Source: the human T2T-CHM13v2.0 reference genome, Homo sapiens
Direction: 5' to 3' (one strand)
Length of the DNA: 64,000 nt
Assembly: GCF_009914755.1 (NCBI RefSeq)
Contig: NC_060928.1
Part shown: positions 13,136 to 29,125 of the stretch, piece by piece
Layout of the letters: every line of letters begins with the position of its first letter
Numbering within the stretch: position 1 is the first letter of the stretch
The notes under the pieces: model-generated
The model's input: the letters and a program-made list of their open reading frames with translations, nothing else
Database searches by the model: none
What the model was told of the DNA's origin: nothing
Translations under genes and position numbers: made by a program

Positions 13136-14264
13136 ATAACGTTTACCTGTAAATATTCTGAACAAAGTTTAAAAAAGGAGCACTTAATCACTTAGGAAAA
13201 CCAACTGCCAGAGAGTATTTTAGGTTTAGCCATTCACATAAAAATAATGCAAACTAGTAGAGTTACTTTCTTCTTAAACTCATATTTTAATATACAAATA
13301 AGATTTCTAAATCCCAAAGAGAGAATCTTGGAAGATAGTTGCAAATATGAAAAGTTGAAGGCTATTTCATTAAACCCATTTACGTTTTTTTAAAAAAGGA
13401 AAATTGAAACCCAGAGACGTTGACTTGCTCCCAAAATTCTTAGAATAAACACGTGGAAACTGCACAAGACCTTAAGGGTCCTACCTCCTACCTCATGGTT
13501 CAGTGCCCTTCATGTGACCTTGTCCATATATTTAAGTAGAATTATGAGATTAAAGTTTGTACCTTTTCAGTATAGTTGACCGACTCTTCTTGGAATCTAT
13601 TGAGTTAGTGTTTTATTATGCTCTTTGTTAGCCTCGATTGTTTCCCGGATACAATCATGGCTTGATTTTGTCACTGCTCCCTTAAACTTGAGATTCTAAC
13701 CTACATGAACTGGGAGCAATTTTCAGTGTTGTTTTGTGCTTTTTGCTTCTGGCCATGTACTGTGAGGCTGTGTTTGAGGTTGTCCCCGTAGGTACTCATT
13801 CAGATAGAATTGCCTGTGAATTGTTCCTTAAACTTTTAATTTCAGCATCTTTAAATTGCACTTACTTGTTTTCATGTTTGGTTTTCTTTTCTAGATTTTA
13901 AGTTATCTGTGGTCAGGGAACATGACTTATGTGCTTTAGTTTTCTTACTGCTCGTCACACTATGTGGCACATTGCAATAAATGTTTTTTAAGTAAATAAA
14001 CTTGGAAATAATTATAATTGATTTCTTCTTTTTTAAACTTCTTCGTTGATACCTGCCTTTCTTCTCATTTATCTGAATCAATGTGTCATTATGGACAGTG
14101 ATCTTGTTGGAGGAAATAAACATTTCAATTGCACGTGGGCTCTCTTCTTACTATACTTTTTCCTCAGCATGCCACAATTACCCAAACTCAATAAAGCAAA
14201 AATAATGATACCTAATTAAAGATGAAAACATAAAGTCGTTTATCTATTAATTTAAATAAAGTGA

Positions 14265-14584
<320 letters not shown>

Positions 14585-16199
14585 CACCCTGACTTTCTTA
14601 ATGCCTTGATTCTGGAGGATGCAGTTCTTAGTAACCAGGCTGTGGCCCTCTGATGTAACTTTAGAGAATGATTAACATGTCACGTGGTTAGCTGGGCTCT
14701 GAGATGATCTCTGTAACAAAGCAGTCTACATTGTTCTCCCAAGGAAGAGATTTGTGTGTGACTTATTGAAGGGGAATTGGTTTTGTTTCTTAGAACGGTT
14801 TATCATTTCACAACCTGTATTTTCCATTGTTATTCTTTATCACTAGAAGGTTTTAAAACTCAGAAATAATAAAAGAGAATATAAAAACTCTGGAAGCCTC
14901 TTAAATTGATTGATGGGAAAATAGTTTAGTTTGTTAAGTACATTGTCTGGTAGACCTTCTTTCCATACTAGGAAATGGAATGGAATATATACATTCCATT
15001 CGAGAATATATATTAAATATAATGCTTGAATATATATTCAAAGAAGTTTGTTGCATTCATTCCTGGCATGGCCTCCTTACTAGTTTTTCTAACTCTGCCA
15101 TGTCACCTGTTGTTTCATGGATGAGCAACCTATTGAGTTTGTTCTCTATACCTTTGTCCCTGTAGAACTGTGTTTGGAATCAGGCTTGTTAGGACAGAAA
15201 ATCAATCGGAGTTGTGAAAGAAAGTGAAACCCTGGATGCATTGGAGAGGACATAGCAGAATGGAGAGGAAGAGGATGGGCATAGGAAAGAGACACAGGAA
15301 AGCCCATTAGGGACAGTATAGTAACCTCCATGTTAATCTACTAGTCACAAGTGCATTGAGACTACAAACAAAATTGTAAGAGGATATTTTAATCTATAAA
15401 ATAAATGAAAAATTATTTTCAAGCTCTTCAAAGGCATTACTTACAAAATATGTATTATTCTTATCAGACTCCAGAAATCGATCATTTTGTATATTTTAAA
15501 GAATTTGGTTTCTTAAAAAAATGTAATAGAGAGTTTTCACTAACTCAGTCTATCTTTTCTTTTAATTAGTTCTGTTAATAAGATTTTACTGCATAGGTAG
15601 TACCACTTACCACCTTACATTTTTAAACTCAGTATTAATTGTGCATAGGGAAGCTTCTTGCACATTGATGGTCTTTAATTTTGAAAGGAGTACCTCTAAA
15701 TCATCATTAATTTATTCTAAGAGCTTGACTTCATTCCAGTCTAACTGTCTTTGATGCCCAGCAAGAATGGCTGGGCATTTTCTTCCAATTAATACAGCTG
15801 GCTTCTGTTTAAATGAATTAATCACGAATTCAACTGTCTTGATTCTCGTAGTATGACATTAGGAACCATTTAGTAATAAAGTAAGAAGCTTAATACTTAA
15901 TGGAAAGAAAGATCTGTTTTTTTAATGCAAAAATTTTATTATCATTCCAGTTCCTGGGGAAAATTTTGCTGCCATGGCAAGTATTCTTAGCAGACTCTTG
16001 CCTTGTTCTCCTACTTTGGAATCAGGGTGTTTAGATGATATACCATAGACAGGGACTTGAAATGTAAAGATTGAATTTACAAAGCTATTTTTTTTAGCTT
16101 TACTTAAATGCTTATATACACAGCCATTAGTATGGTGACCACATATTTTAAGTACTCAATAAATATTTGCTGGATAAATAATACATGAAAACACGTATT

Positions 16200-16494
<295 letters not shown>

Positions 16495-16689
16495 ATGAAA
16501 ACATGTATTCTTTTAATTAGTTCTATTAATAAGATTTTACTGCATATAGGTAATACTACTTACCAAATTACATTTTTAGCTTGGAACTGAATTTGCATGG
16601 TCTATATTTTGCATCTAAATATCCAGTAAGTGTGTAGAATAACTCAGGCTTCATTTGGTATAAAAACGCCTTCCTATTTCAAACTTGTT

Positions 16690-16824
16690 TTTTTTCCCCT
16701 TTTTGTGGAGAGTGGGGTCTCACTATATTGCCCAGGATAGTCTCAAACTCCTGGGCACAAGGTATCTTCCTGCCTCTTCTTCCCTAAATTTTGGGATCAT
16801 AGGTGTGAGCCACCTGGCCCAGCC
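16690..16824 (-). mobile_element. FLAM / Alu left monomer
   Basis: Single ~130-bp monomer: ggggtctcactatattgcccagg...gagccacctggcccagcc. Confidence 0.8.
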
Positions 16825-17453
16825 AAGCATGCCTTCTTATTTGTATAGAATCATATTTTCAATTTTTTTAGTGACTATACATTTTACTAATTTATTTAAT
16901 AATTAGTTTTATATGGCTAATGATGAAATGCATAATTACTAAAACTTAATGAAACGTGCATTTAGTTATAATGCACAATTTTACCTTCCATTTTGTCAAT
17001 CGTACTTTTGCAAAACCAATTCAGCTTCAATATTTGAAACATATGTGAGAGTATCCCTCTATTGTGGATAAGAGCTTCGTACTAGAATATTTTAAAAGTG
17101 AAGAGAGAAAACGTGGCTCAAATAGTCTGACCAATTACTTAGCATCTTGTGAATATTACAAAGAAAAATGCCTTCTAAAATGTGTTTGTATTTTCTTCTT
17201 AACGTTTTATATATTTAGTGTTCATTTTTATATTTCCTGAAAGGAAATATGTAAATTTTGCTATAAAATCGAGCCATCTTTGTAAAAGTGATCCTGCTTA
17301 AAATTACAAAATCTATCTGAGAGTCATTTATAAAGGTGTGAATGTATCTGGCAGCCTGGGCAAGCAGTCTGAGTTACTTCCTGATATATACATTTGGCCC
17401 TTATCTGGAGAGGACTGTACATGTCTGTATAATTTCTTTTGTTGTTTTATTTT

Positions 17454-17565
17454 TTTAAATTTTTAAATTTTATTTTATTATTATTATACTTTAAGTTTTA
17501 GGGTATATGTGCACAATGTGCAGGTTAGTTACATATGTATACATGTGCCATGCTGGTGTGCTGCA
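17454..17565 (-). mobile_element. Young L1PA (PA2/PA3-like) extreme 3' fragment
   Basis: ttattatactttaagttttagggtatatgtgcacaatgtgcaggttagttacatatgtatac; 15-bp TSD ttgttgttttatttt. Confidence 0.9.
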
Positions 17566-17860
17566 TTGTTGTTTTATTTTGAGAGACAGTGTCTCACTTC
17601 GTTGCCTATGCTGGAGTGCAGTGATGCAATCATAGCTCACTGTCACCTTGATCTTCTGGGCTCAAGTGAGTCTTCTGCCTTAGCCTCCCTGAGTAGCTGG
17701 GATTACAGGTGCTCGCCACCATGCCTGGCTAATTTTTAAAATATTTTTGTAGAGATGGAGGGTCTTGCTATGTTGGTCTCAAACTTTTGGGCTCAAATAC
17801 TCCTCCCACTTCACCCTCCCAAAGCGCTAGGATTACAGGCTTCAGCCACTGCACCTGGCT
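17566..17860 (-). mobile_element. AluJ
   Basis: Reverse Alu with AluJ features (atcatagctcactg, ctgggctcaag). Confidence 0.9.
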
Positions 17861-18254
17861 CTGTAATCTCTTAATTCCTCTTGAGTTAGATAGCAGAATT
17901 GGCTTGCATCTGGTCTTTATCTTCCTCCAGATGTAAAATCCAGGCCCATCACTGTTGGGTATAAGGAGTGAGAGAGAGGGGTTACTATTTATTCCACTCA
18001 GTGTGTAATCTATTAAGCCCTCTGAGCCAATCAAAATCATGTGGGCATTGAAGTTCAAAACCACAACATAGATGCATTCATTTATAGTGACATTGTTGCT
18101 TAGGCAACAAGAAATCTGAATCTCCTATTAAACTAGCCAACAGCAAGAATTTAAAATATTTTATTTTATATATCTGGTATTTTGAATCAATTAATAGAGT
18201 TTTTTTTCTGAGAATGACTAATAGATACTTAGTTTTCATACAAAGTTTAGGTGA

Positions 18255-18740
18255 CATAAGAGTTACGGCTGATAGCTGCCATAACATAGAAGCATAAAAT
18301 TTCATGGTTTAGCACAAAACATGCTTAAATTTTGTTCACATAAAATCTAGTGGAATCGTTGTGGGGTGAGGGGGTGAGGATCTTGTATCTCTGATTTGCG
18401 ATTGTTCGGGGACTCAAGTTTATAAAGTTGTGTTTACAGGGTCATCTTGATAGAGACTGCTTCTAACCATTGGCTTCTGAGGTCTCGTTAGCAGTTGACA
18501 TCCAGCTGGTCCACTGAGGAACTGAGAATGTGCAGGATGGTGCAGGAGATTGTCACAGGCCAGGCCTGAAAGTGGCGTGCATCTCTTTTGCTTACATTCT
18601 GTAACCTGTTGTATGGTCAAAGCACATGCAGAAGGGGTAGGAAAATGAAGTCTTCCATGGAGTAGTCATTTTCCAAAAACAACGCTTCTCTGTGAAAAAG
18701 CAGCATGAATTTTTGGTGGACAGCTAGCTTCCTCTGCTGT
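18255..18740 (-). mobile_element. MLT1-family (MaLR) LTR relic
   Basis: gctgccataaca...ggccaggcctgaaagtggcgtgcatc...cacatgcagaaggggtaggaaaatg. Confidence 0.55.
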
Positions 18741-19679
18741 GGGAAGAGAGTGACTATGATTGCTGTATTCAAGCAACAACTGAAAATCGTCAGTGTAATG
18801 GTATTGAAAATAAGGCTATTTTTAAAAATGGAAACGAAACGCGATTAAATCCATAATTGAATACATTTAGGACTTCGCTTTAGAACTAGAGGAGATGTTA
18901 TAGCATCAAGTAGAGTCCCATTTAGATGATTAAGGAGATATTTTGGATTTCTGAAATTAAAAATAGTTTTTCCTGTTTTTCCCTCTGGAAAGTAAAAAAT
19001 AGTTTTTCCCAAGGGTAAAAGGGGAGAAACTATTTTTTACTTTTTAAGTAAAGGTCTAAAATTCCCTCTTTCTGTAGTTGCTCAAATAAAACTGCTAAGC
19101 AAGATGATTTTCTCTGAACATACGTGCAACACATTACCTTGTATTTAGTGATTATGACATATGAACATTCTATGATGCTAAATTAAATTTCTGTAATTAA
19201 GAATAACAATATCCAGATAGTATTTTGCAAAGTACTTCCAAGTCCTTATGCCATTTTAGCCTCTCAATGAGCCTCTGAGAGAGACAGAACAAGTGTTCTT
19301 AGCCCCTTTTTGGACAAAGAATATGAGACTATCAGTGTTTAAATGACTAGTTTAAAATTCTTTGGGTTGTTAAGGGTTATAATCCAAATAATCCAGGATT
19401 ATTGTTAAGATTATAGTTCTCATTGTAATCCTGTAATGTTCTTTTCATTATCTGCAATGACTGGATCTATCTGGTCACTAGAAACGGCCATTCGTGTACG
19501 TTTTTCAGGTTGTACAATTTATAAAAATGCCCACAAATGCAGTTGATGTGAGAATCACCAAGGTGACTGAAGTAATGGATCAGCATTACTGGTTTATTCA
19601 TTTTGCTGATACAGACATATTTTGTGTATTGCCTTTTAAGTATTTATAGAGTAGAATTCCAAGAGCTGACAGATATTAA

Positions 19680-19992
<313 letters not shown>

Positions 19993-20824
19993 TTGGAATT
20001 TGTATTTTAAAATCCATGGACAGGTCAAAACATGTTAAGCAAGAAGAAGATATATCTAAGAGATAACTTTGTAAAAGTCTTCAATTATTTGAAGGGCCTG
20101 TTAGAGAGTGGCTGGCTGTGAGGAACCTGGCTGGGAACACATGCCAGCAAAGACCTAAGGACGGCCTGAGAAATTTGGAGGAAGGGGGAACTTTCCTTCA
20201 GAGTTATTAAGCACTAAAACCAGTCACTAGTGTTTTTAGAGAACCTTTACATAATTTTCTTGTAAAAGGAATAGATTCTTCTGGAACAGTTCATTAAAAG
20301 CTCTGCATGTATCTAGGAGGGAAAAGGAAAAGATGAAAAAAATAGAGGACTTAGCAAGATCATTTTTTAACTTCAAGTCCCCATAGGCTGTAAGTTAATT
20401 TACTGACAAACTATAGAAACTGTAAAAGATTTTTCCTTTTATATGACACAAAAGCTGGTCCAATGTTATATATTAACTGGTCATTGATCAGAAGAGTATA
20501 ACAGAAATCATATCTTTAATATAAATATTAAAATTGCCTCAGAACACATTTAGGAACCACTGCATCCTGTTAATATAGACACTGACTACACTTTGCCTGC
20601 CTTTTAAATGTAACTGTCTCAGACATTGATAAAAGGCACTCACATCTGCAAGATTCCCCTTGTTTTTTGTACAATGAAACTCTTTTTATCATAAAATCAA
20701 CACAATTAAAAATTCGAAAAGAGGTTTGACTCCCATATTACTTTAACAACATCCCATTTATGTTCTAGTCTTTATTTATATTCATAGATTTTTTTTATAC
20801 AGTTGCAACACAACAAAAACATAC

Positions 20825-21780
20825 ATCATTCTTTTATTGACCACAGGTTGACTTAGTGCCAACTCTCTGGCAGGCCCTGTTCTAGGGCTGGAGACACTGC
20901 TGTGAATTAAACAAAGTCCATGCCCTTGTGGCAACTATATTCTAGTGGAAGTGGGTGGGGCTAGACAATTAACACATAAGCCAACAGGTAGATAATGTCA
21001 AGTGGCAAAAAGCAAGCAAGCAAGCAAACAAACAAACAAAAAAACCACGAAGAAAACTGAAGCACAGAAAGGGACAGAGAGTGATGGGGGGCTCTTCAAA
21101 CTTGGGGAGTTAGGGAAGGCTCCTTTGAGCAGAGGATTTGACTGGAGTGAACAGAGGAAGTTACTTCTGTGACTGTCAGGGTAAGTCCATTCCTGACAGA
21201 AAAACAGCAAGTATATAATGCCTGGGAAGGGAACTCGCTTGGCATGCTGGAGGAGGAGTAAGGGACACCAGTAAGTCTGGAGCGTAGGGAGCAAGAAAGA
21301 GTGGTCAGAAATGAGATCAGAGGTCAGCAGAGACCACCTGATAAGTACCACTGTGTATGGCAGGTATTATGTTGGGTGATAGGAATACAGACCTGACCAA
21401 GACAGTTCTTAACTTCAAAAAGGTTACATTCAAATAGGCACATAGATGTATAAGCAAATAAGGAACAACAAATTGTGTTAGGTGCCATTATAAAGAAAGG
21501 AGTATAGTGCTGTGAGCAGTGTAACTAACTGCATCAGTGAGATGATGATGCCGAAATGGGATTTGAAGGATGAGTACAAGGTTTCCAGGAAAAGAAGAGA
21601 GGAAAGAGTATTTCAAACAGAGAGAGCAGCACATGGTAAAGTCAAGGAGTTGACAGAAACATCCTGGCATGTTTTTGGTTTAGCAAAATGTTTAGTGCTG
21701 TTAAAAAAAGATGTATGTTGGAAAGTTATGGGAGATGAGGGTGGAAAATAGGTTAGAACCAAATTGTAAAGGTTCCAAGT
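20825..21780 (-). mobile_element. LINE-2 fragments
   Basis: ggccctgttctagggctggagacac...tggtcagaaatgagatcagagg, then a second L2 piece from ~21350. Confidence 0.65.
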
Positions 21781-23074
21781 TTAAAAATTTTCCAAACTTT
21801 ACAATAAAGTATTCTAGACTATTTTCTGTTTTTCATTTGTGTTATGTTATTCTATAGAAATTTAAAGTTCTTATCCATTATACTAAACTCATTGTTTTCC
21901 TGTGTTATTTTTTGCTGCTCCTTTAAGCAGCAAAAATTATTAACAAGCAATTAAAATATTAAACAAAGATGGCTTAATCATTTTTTAAGCAGAGGTAACC
22001 AGAAAGAATTTTCAATGACACTTTAATTTTTGGTCTTTGAGGAAGGAATCAAGACCTTGAAGTTATATCTATATTATTTAATAATTATTTACTTTAAAAA
22101 ATGATAGGTTTCCTAGTTTCCTTACAGATACTGACTTACCACAAGTTCTACAGTTATACATATAGTAACTTTTTAAGGGACTATTTCTTGCTCATGTAAT
22201 ATTACTTTTCAGGAGATGTAATGTATTTTGAATGGCTGTTATTATTGTTTAAAATTTATTCACTTCATTGTCTTGCAACTAGGCTGAAAAGTTTTAGAAA
22301 TGAATTATAAATAAATTCTGGATTCTGAGCATAAGTTTTCCCAATGTATTATTTTAACCTCTGAACCTCAAAAGATTTCATTTCAGACTGATTTTATTGG
22401 TTCTCTTTTTGAAAATGGAAGTGTTTCTAAAATTTCTAGAAAAGCCTGGTTTTTTTTAATAAGAAATCATAATCAATCCATAAGTGTTATTCACTGGATA
22501 GATTTAAGGCTGATAAATTGCTGTGTCCCTTGATGCTCTTCATTAGCATCAGAAGTACCATGGTGAAATAATGTTATGGGAACCTCAGGCTCTGGGGTTT
22601 TACAGAGGAGCAGGCAGTGCCCTGAGAGACAGCACTGGGTCACTGGGAGTTTTCACAGGTGCCTTCCTGGCTATGCTGAGGTCCTTTTGTTAGTGACTGG
22701 CAATAGTCACAGTTCATTTGGGAATGGGCAAGGGGACAAGCTGGGGAGGTTTCAGCATTTTAGAATATACATGTCTATGCAAACAAAACATGAGCATCAT
22801 CTTTGATTTTGAAACGTAACTTTAAAGTGGAAGCGTTTACCTATATAAAGTGGACATTTCCAGAGCACTCCATTACCAACAATTGGCCTCACATATCTAA
22901 AAACTTGACTGTAGTCTTATTTTAATGGGGCTTATGTAACAAAGCTTGAAAACCTGAGAATATTAATTTTTTTGTTTTTTTTTTCTTTTACAAAATGTTA
23001 TTTAGAAAAGGACGTTTTATGTCTCCAAAAGACGGTGAAACAGAAATCAAATGACTGGAAAGGAACTGGAAAGG

Positions 23075-23260
23075 AAATTAACATTTATCTGTAGATGGGC
23101 CTTTATATATGAATTCACCGAACTGTCACAATTGTTGCACAGACATAATTAGAACCACATTTTTACAGATGAGTAAACTGAGGCTCAGAGAAGTTGAATG
23201 ACAGGTCTGTGAATTGGATCCAGATCTTTCTGGCTCCAGTGTCCCTTTTCACACTGCTCC
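23075..23260 (-). mobile_element. MIR SINE
   Basis: ttttacagatgagtaaactgaggctcagagaagttgaatgac. Confidence 0.7.
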
Positions 23261-23314
23261 TCCCTATCATGAGTCCCAGCTCTATTTAAACATGTCATTT
23301 GATATTTTTGAGCC

Positions 23315-23640
23315 GTAGTTCTGCTCTAGTTAATTATCACAACATAACAAACCACCCCAACACTTAGTGATTTAAAACCGACAATTTAAATTCTCTCATA
23401 CTCCAGTGGGCCCAACTGGCTTTCTTACCTGGTGGTCTCAGGGAAGTATTCCAAAAAAGTGAAATGGAAGCTGCGAGATCTCTTAGGACTTCTAGCCTCT
23501 AGAAGTCATAGTGCCACTTCACCACATTCTATTAGTCTCAGAAAGTCACAAGGCCAGCCCAGATTAAATGGTGGGAAATAGATTCTACCTCTTGATGGGA
23601 GGAACTGTAAACATTTCATGACCATATGCCATCAGTCACT
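23315..23640 (-). mobile_element. MLT1-family LTR relic
   Basis: ataacaaaccaccccaacacttagtgatttaaaa...agtcacaaggccagcccagatt...acctcttgatgggagga. Confidence 0.7.
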
Positions 23641-23930
23641 ATTCTTTTCTATCTTTAATTTTTAACACATTGTGTTATGTTGTATTATTACCAAAGCACT
23701 GAAGAATGTTAGCAAGTGAAACTTTAGATTATTTGTCTCTAAAATGTGCCTCCTAATTTTGTTCTGCTTTACCATTGTGAAGAAGATATTTGAAAGGAGG
23801 TAATGAGCATGGAGATGCTTTGAAAACCTATAAATAGAGCCCTTTATAATCTAAGATGTTACTATGATTTATGGAAGATGCTAGTATTTATTGTAGAAAT
23901 GATATTTCATCAATTAAAAAAGCAGATGAA

Positions 23931-24312
<382 letters not shown>

Positions 24313-24999
24313 CTAATGTTTTTCTGAAACGTAATAATATGTGGTATTTTTTATTAAGTGTTTTGTTGTTGTTTGTGTGTGTAAAATCAAACAGTGAGTA
24401 AAAGTTGAATGGAATCGGTTTTCCATTCTTTGGGCAGTTAATAGTATTACAGCCAGATGTCCTCATACAAGGAAGTCTGTGAAATCATATCTTGGGAATA
24501 GAATGGTTTTCACTAATGCAGAAATTCCTAACTCAAAAGACTTTCCCAAAGAGTGAGATTCCTCAGTTAAATCTCTTTCTAAGAATCTTTCTAACTTTGA
24601 ATATAGATTTCATAAAAATCTCAAATCATTGATAAGCTATAGTTTTATGAAATAAATTATTACTTTCAACTCCTTACTTTTCTAAAATCTATTTTTTTTG
24701 CATCTCAAAATATTATTACAGTTTGCTAAAATGAGTTTTAAAATGGAAAACCTACATAGTGGTATGAAACAGATATCCTCTTGATTACTTCTTTTTTTAA
24801 GGGATGAATAGGTGAGACGTTAGAACTTTACTTAGGAAGAGGTTCTTGAAAATTAACCCTGAACTATCTGTTCTTAAATGGCCCAAATAACTGACATTAT
24901 AAAGATTAAAAGCTTTGAGTTTGGTCCTTTTTTGGAGTTGTTTTTATATATACATATCTACTTAAGTTGCGTTCTCTACCATGAAATCTGGGGATTAGA

Positions 25000-25300
25000 A
25001 AATACTTAGACCAAGCCACAGGCATATTCGTTTAGCTCACATTATGTTTTAAAAATTGAGTTAGTTGCCAATGTTTTAATCAGAAGATTTTATGTAAAAG
25101 TCTTAAATTCTAGCTTCGTGATAAAAGTCAGAATATCTGATAATATTGGGCCAGCATTCCCACTCTAATATAATGTTTTGAAGCTGAATAGAAGTTACCC
25201 TCGTTAGACGAGGCACATGCAACCTGGTTACCATTATTTTCACTTTCCATACTTTTATAATCTGCCTGGTTGTCCTAGGCATTTGAGTTTGAGACAATGA
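25000..25300. mobile_element. MER102-like hAT DNA transposon relic
   Basis: Ends in cctaggcatttgagtttgagac, resembling a MER102 terminus. Confidence 0.5.
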
Positions 25301-26769
25301 CAGAGTTGTGGCTGAAGGATTCAAACATGCCTCTGACGTTTGATAAACAAACACAATTTGAGGGCTACTTCTGGGCATATCAGTGGTACATCAGTGACAA
25401 AGGATTGAGACCCTCAGATGGATGGGTGCAAAGAGAAATGAGGAACTTAAGAATTCCATATGCCACCTGATCAAGCTCTGAATAGCAGTGGTACAGGTTC
25501 TGCCCATCTTTGAACCATATCATAAAACCTGATTTTGGCAGTAATACTTCAGCACAGATTGTACCTGCTGTTTTTAAAATACTGCTTATCAGTCATTTTT
25601 AGCATCATATTGATATCAAGGCCAACACAGCCTAAAATTTTGACTTCCCTCAATGCTGCTGAAAGCTACAAAGAAAGGAGGACAATAATTATAATCCCAA
25701 ATTACCCTTAATTCTGAACTCAGGAATTTAGGCAAACTAACTAAATAGTAGACCTTTCTTTTGATCAAATTTTGGATTGGTACAGTCTTTAAGAGATGTG
25801 ATATTTGATCTGTATTTTTGTTAAAAATCTTGTGAATTCTGCAGTGAATTTTTTCCAGAGTAGTTATCATTGTCCTACCAATTAGAAATTTTAATGTTGA
25901 TTAAAAAGCAAAATGGTCCAAATGTCTGCAGTTCTACTTTCTAAAACAGAGAAATGAAATGGATCAGCACTACAGAAAATTATCAAAATTAGCTTTTAAT
26001 AGCAGTAGCTAACGTTATGCAGTGCTTATTATGTGCCATCCCTTTGAGATAGATATCCCCACTTTTAGATGAGAAAATTGAGGCATGGATAGGGGATTAA
26101 ATTTGTCTAAATTTGCAGAGCATGAGGATTTGTTTCTAGGAATTTGTTTAAAGATTATACAATGCTTTGCGATGGTTATAGTCTTGTTTTATAGATTAAG
26201 TGCTTTTAATCGCTTGGCTCCACCCTCTTTCAGTTTGCACTCTCTCAGACATACGTGACAGCCACCACTGAATTTCACAAAGGTCTTTTTTTCAGACATT
26301 GTAAGAATGTGCAGGAGTCCAATGTTTTTTGGGCTTTGGGGACATTCTGTATGAAACTTAAGGATTTATAGTCATATGTATTGTAATAACAGACAAAACC
26401 AAAATTCATTAATATGAAGATTGGTAGAAACTGTGGATTTTCCTTATAAAACAAAATCATATATTTCCATTTTAAATGTCATTTTTTTCTCTTCTGAGAT
26501 TGTTTGAATATAGCCAGTGTGTGTTCTTAAATTTAGTTTTTAAATGTGGTAATGTACAAAGATGAAAATTACGGTGAGACTATTTGGATTTTTTTAAGAA
26601 TGGCATCTGGCCACAGAATTGCAATCCATACACTACACAACATAAAAAACATACATTACAGCACTAAATATAGTTCAGGCTTGCCTTTGCTTCTGACTTC
26701 GAGGACTGAACCATATAAACACAAGGCAGATGAACTAGTGAGAAGTCACTTGGTGTAGAAGTCCTTGTT

Positions 26770-26918
26770 AATTAAAGTGTCCATGGACCAGCAGCATGGG
26801 CATCACCCAGGAGCTTGTAAAAAGCAGACTCTCAGACCACAGCTTCGACCTATGGAAGCGGAATTTATATTTACATCAACAGATTATTCCTATGCACACT
26901 AATGTCTGAGAAGCATTG
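26770..26918. mobile_element. MER5A relic
   Basis: ggaccagcagcatgggcatcacccaggagcttg...tgcacactaatgtctgagaagcattg. Confidence 0.7.
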
Positions 26919-26929
26919 GGTTAGATAGG

Positions 26930-27195
26930 TTGGATTCTGCCAGTCTCTGGGAATTAGCTATTCATCTTTGAATAAGTTACTCACTATGTTCTATGTATTT
27001 TAGTTTCCTCCATTTCTTGCTACTTATTACATGTTGATTTAGAGCAACTTAATTCTGTAATCTTCATTTAGTTGCCTATAAAATAGGGATATTAATAATA
27101 CCTACCTTATATTATTATAAGGATTAAATGAGGTAATGAGTGTAAAATATATAGAATATTGTCCACATATAGTATGTGATTAATATGTGCTTGTG
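26930..27195 (+). mobile_element. MIR SINE
   Basis: ctataaaatagggatattaataatacctaccttatattattataaggattaaatgagg. Confidence 0.65.
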
Positions 27196-27739
27196 ATGGT
27201 TCTTTTAGTTATTTCTCTGGTGTGCTATATAATCTTATTGATTACATGACAAGTGGAATTAGAAATTTCTTTCAAAATCTGCTACACAGATATGTAAATA
27301 TGCTTTTAAAAATCAAAAAATTAGAAGGAGATAAATTTTCCAAGGGTTAAAGAGTCTAGTGGAAAAAACACTGGAATGGGAATTACACAGACTAAACTCT
27401 AGTCCCAATTCTTTTGACCTTGAGCCTGACATTTAACTTTTTTGATTTCATGGATATTATATAAGAATATAAAATGCCTTAACATGCTTATAGGGCAGTT
27501 TTATAGATTTATAGAACTGGCAGTAACCAATTATTATGCATACATTGTCTTAATCTATGAGAATTTGTGATAGGGTGTTCAGGTGACTGCTGTTCTGTGA
27601 CATTATATTGGGTACTTGTAGAAGTTTCAGTAAATCCTTCAGATTATTAAATTACTGTTTAAGCTGCAAACACATGTCCTGATTTCCTATATCTAATCCC
27701 AAATCCATTATTTATATAAGAAGTAGTTCCTTTTTGTGT

Positions 27740-28139
<400 letters not shown>

Positions 28140-28907
28140 TGATATATGCCTGAATCATTGCAGGCACACAACAAACCTTCACCAAATAAGACAGTAACTT
28201 TACCCTTGTTTTCTGCTCTCCATTAAATAATTCACTGGAATTTGTTGCTTCCCTTTTATGTTAGTAGAGTCTGTACCAAAATATCAACTCTATGATAACC
28301 AAGAACTTTGAGTTAGGAGCTCATTGTAACTCTTCTTTGCTTGAAAATCTGTCCCAAATTCATAATTAACTTGGCCAGTGTTTATATTGGAGTAGAGTAT
28401 ACTGTGAAACTTGTATAAATGAATAGAACTTCTTGGACCTTCCTTAATCTGTGGCTTTTGTTTCTCTTTTTCAATTATTAATGATAAATCTTCCCAGTGA
28501 ACATGCAGCCAACACATTGAATAAATATTTCAATTAAGTCGGATGTTGATGTGAATGCAAATTAAATTAGGCAATTTTTCTGCTTATTTTAATATATCTG
28601 CAAATCATATCCCATTGAAGTGCTTTGTGATGTTTTTTAAAAAAGAGATAAAGTGATCTCTTAAAAACTGAGGAGTGCTGTTATGCTTAAGCATCAGATT
28701 CATAAATAAATAAAGACATTTCTTATCAACCTATCTCTGAGACAAAGACTTCAGCCGTTAGAAAAAAGACGTTCTCAAAGGAACCATGTTCTTAAATACA
28801 AATTTTGATACTTATCTGAAGGGGATATTTGATTATGGATTCAAAACAATACATCCAGCACTAAGAGGACCAGAAGGAATTTATGTGATGGAAAAGAGGG
28901 TGCAGCA

Positions 28908-28955
28908 CGTGTGTGTGTGTGTGTGTGTGCATGCATGTGTGTGCGCGTGTGTGTA
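28908..28955 (+). repeat. Interrupted (TG)n microsatellite
   Basis: cgtgtgtgtgtgtgtgtgtgtgcatgcatgtgtgtgcgcgtgtgtgta. Confidence 0.9.
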
Positions 28956-28989
28956 TAAACATTGAAGCTGCAGTGTATTACAGTTATCT

Positions 28990-29125
28990 TCTTGTTAGCA
29001 GCTTTTAAAAGATGTAATTGACATAGATATTTAGTGTACATATTTAGTGTGGGGTACAATTTGATAAATTCTGACTTATGTATAAACCATAAAGCCATCA
29101 CTGCAATCAAGATAAAAAACACATT
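28990..29125 (-). mobile_element. Old L1M 3' fragment
   Basis: cagctttt..agatgtaattgacata...gtacaatttgataaatt..gccatcactgcaatcaagata. Confidence 0.55.
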
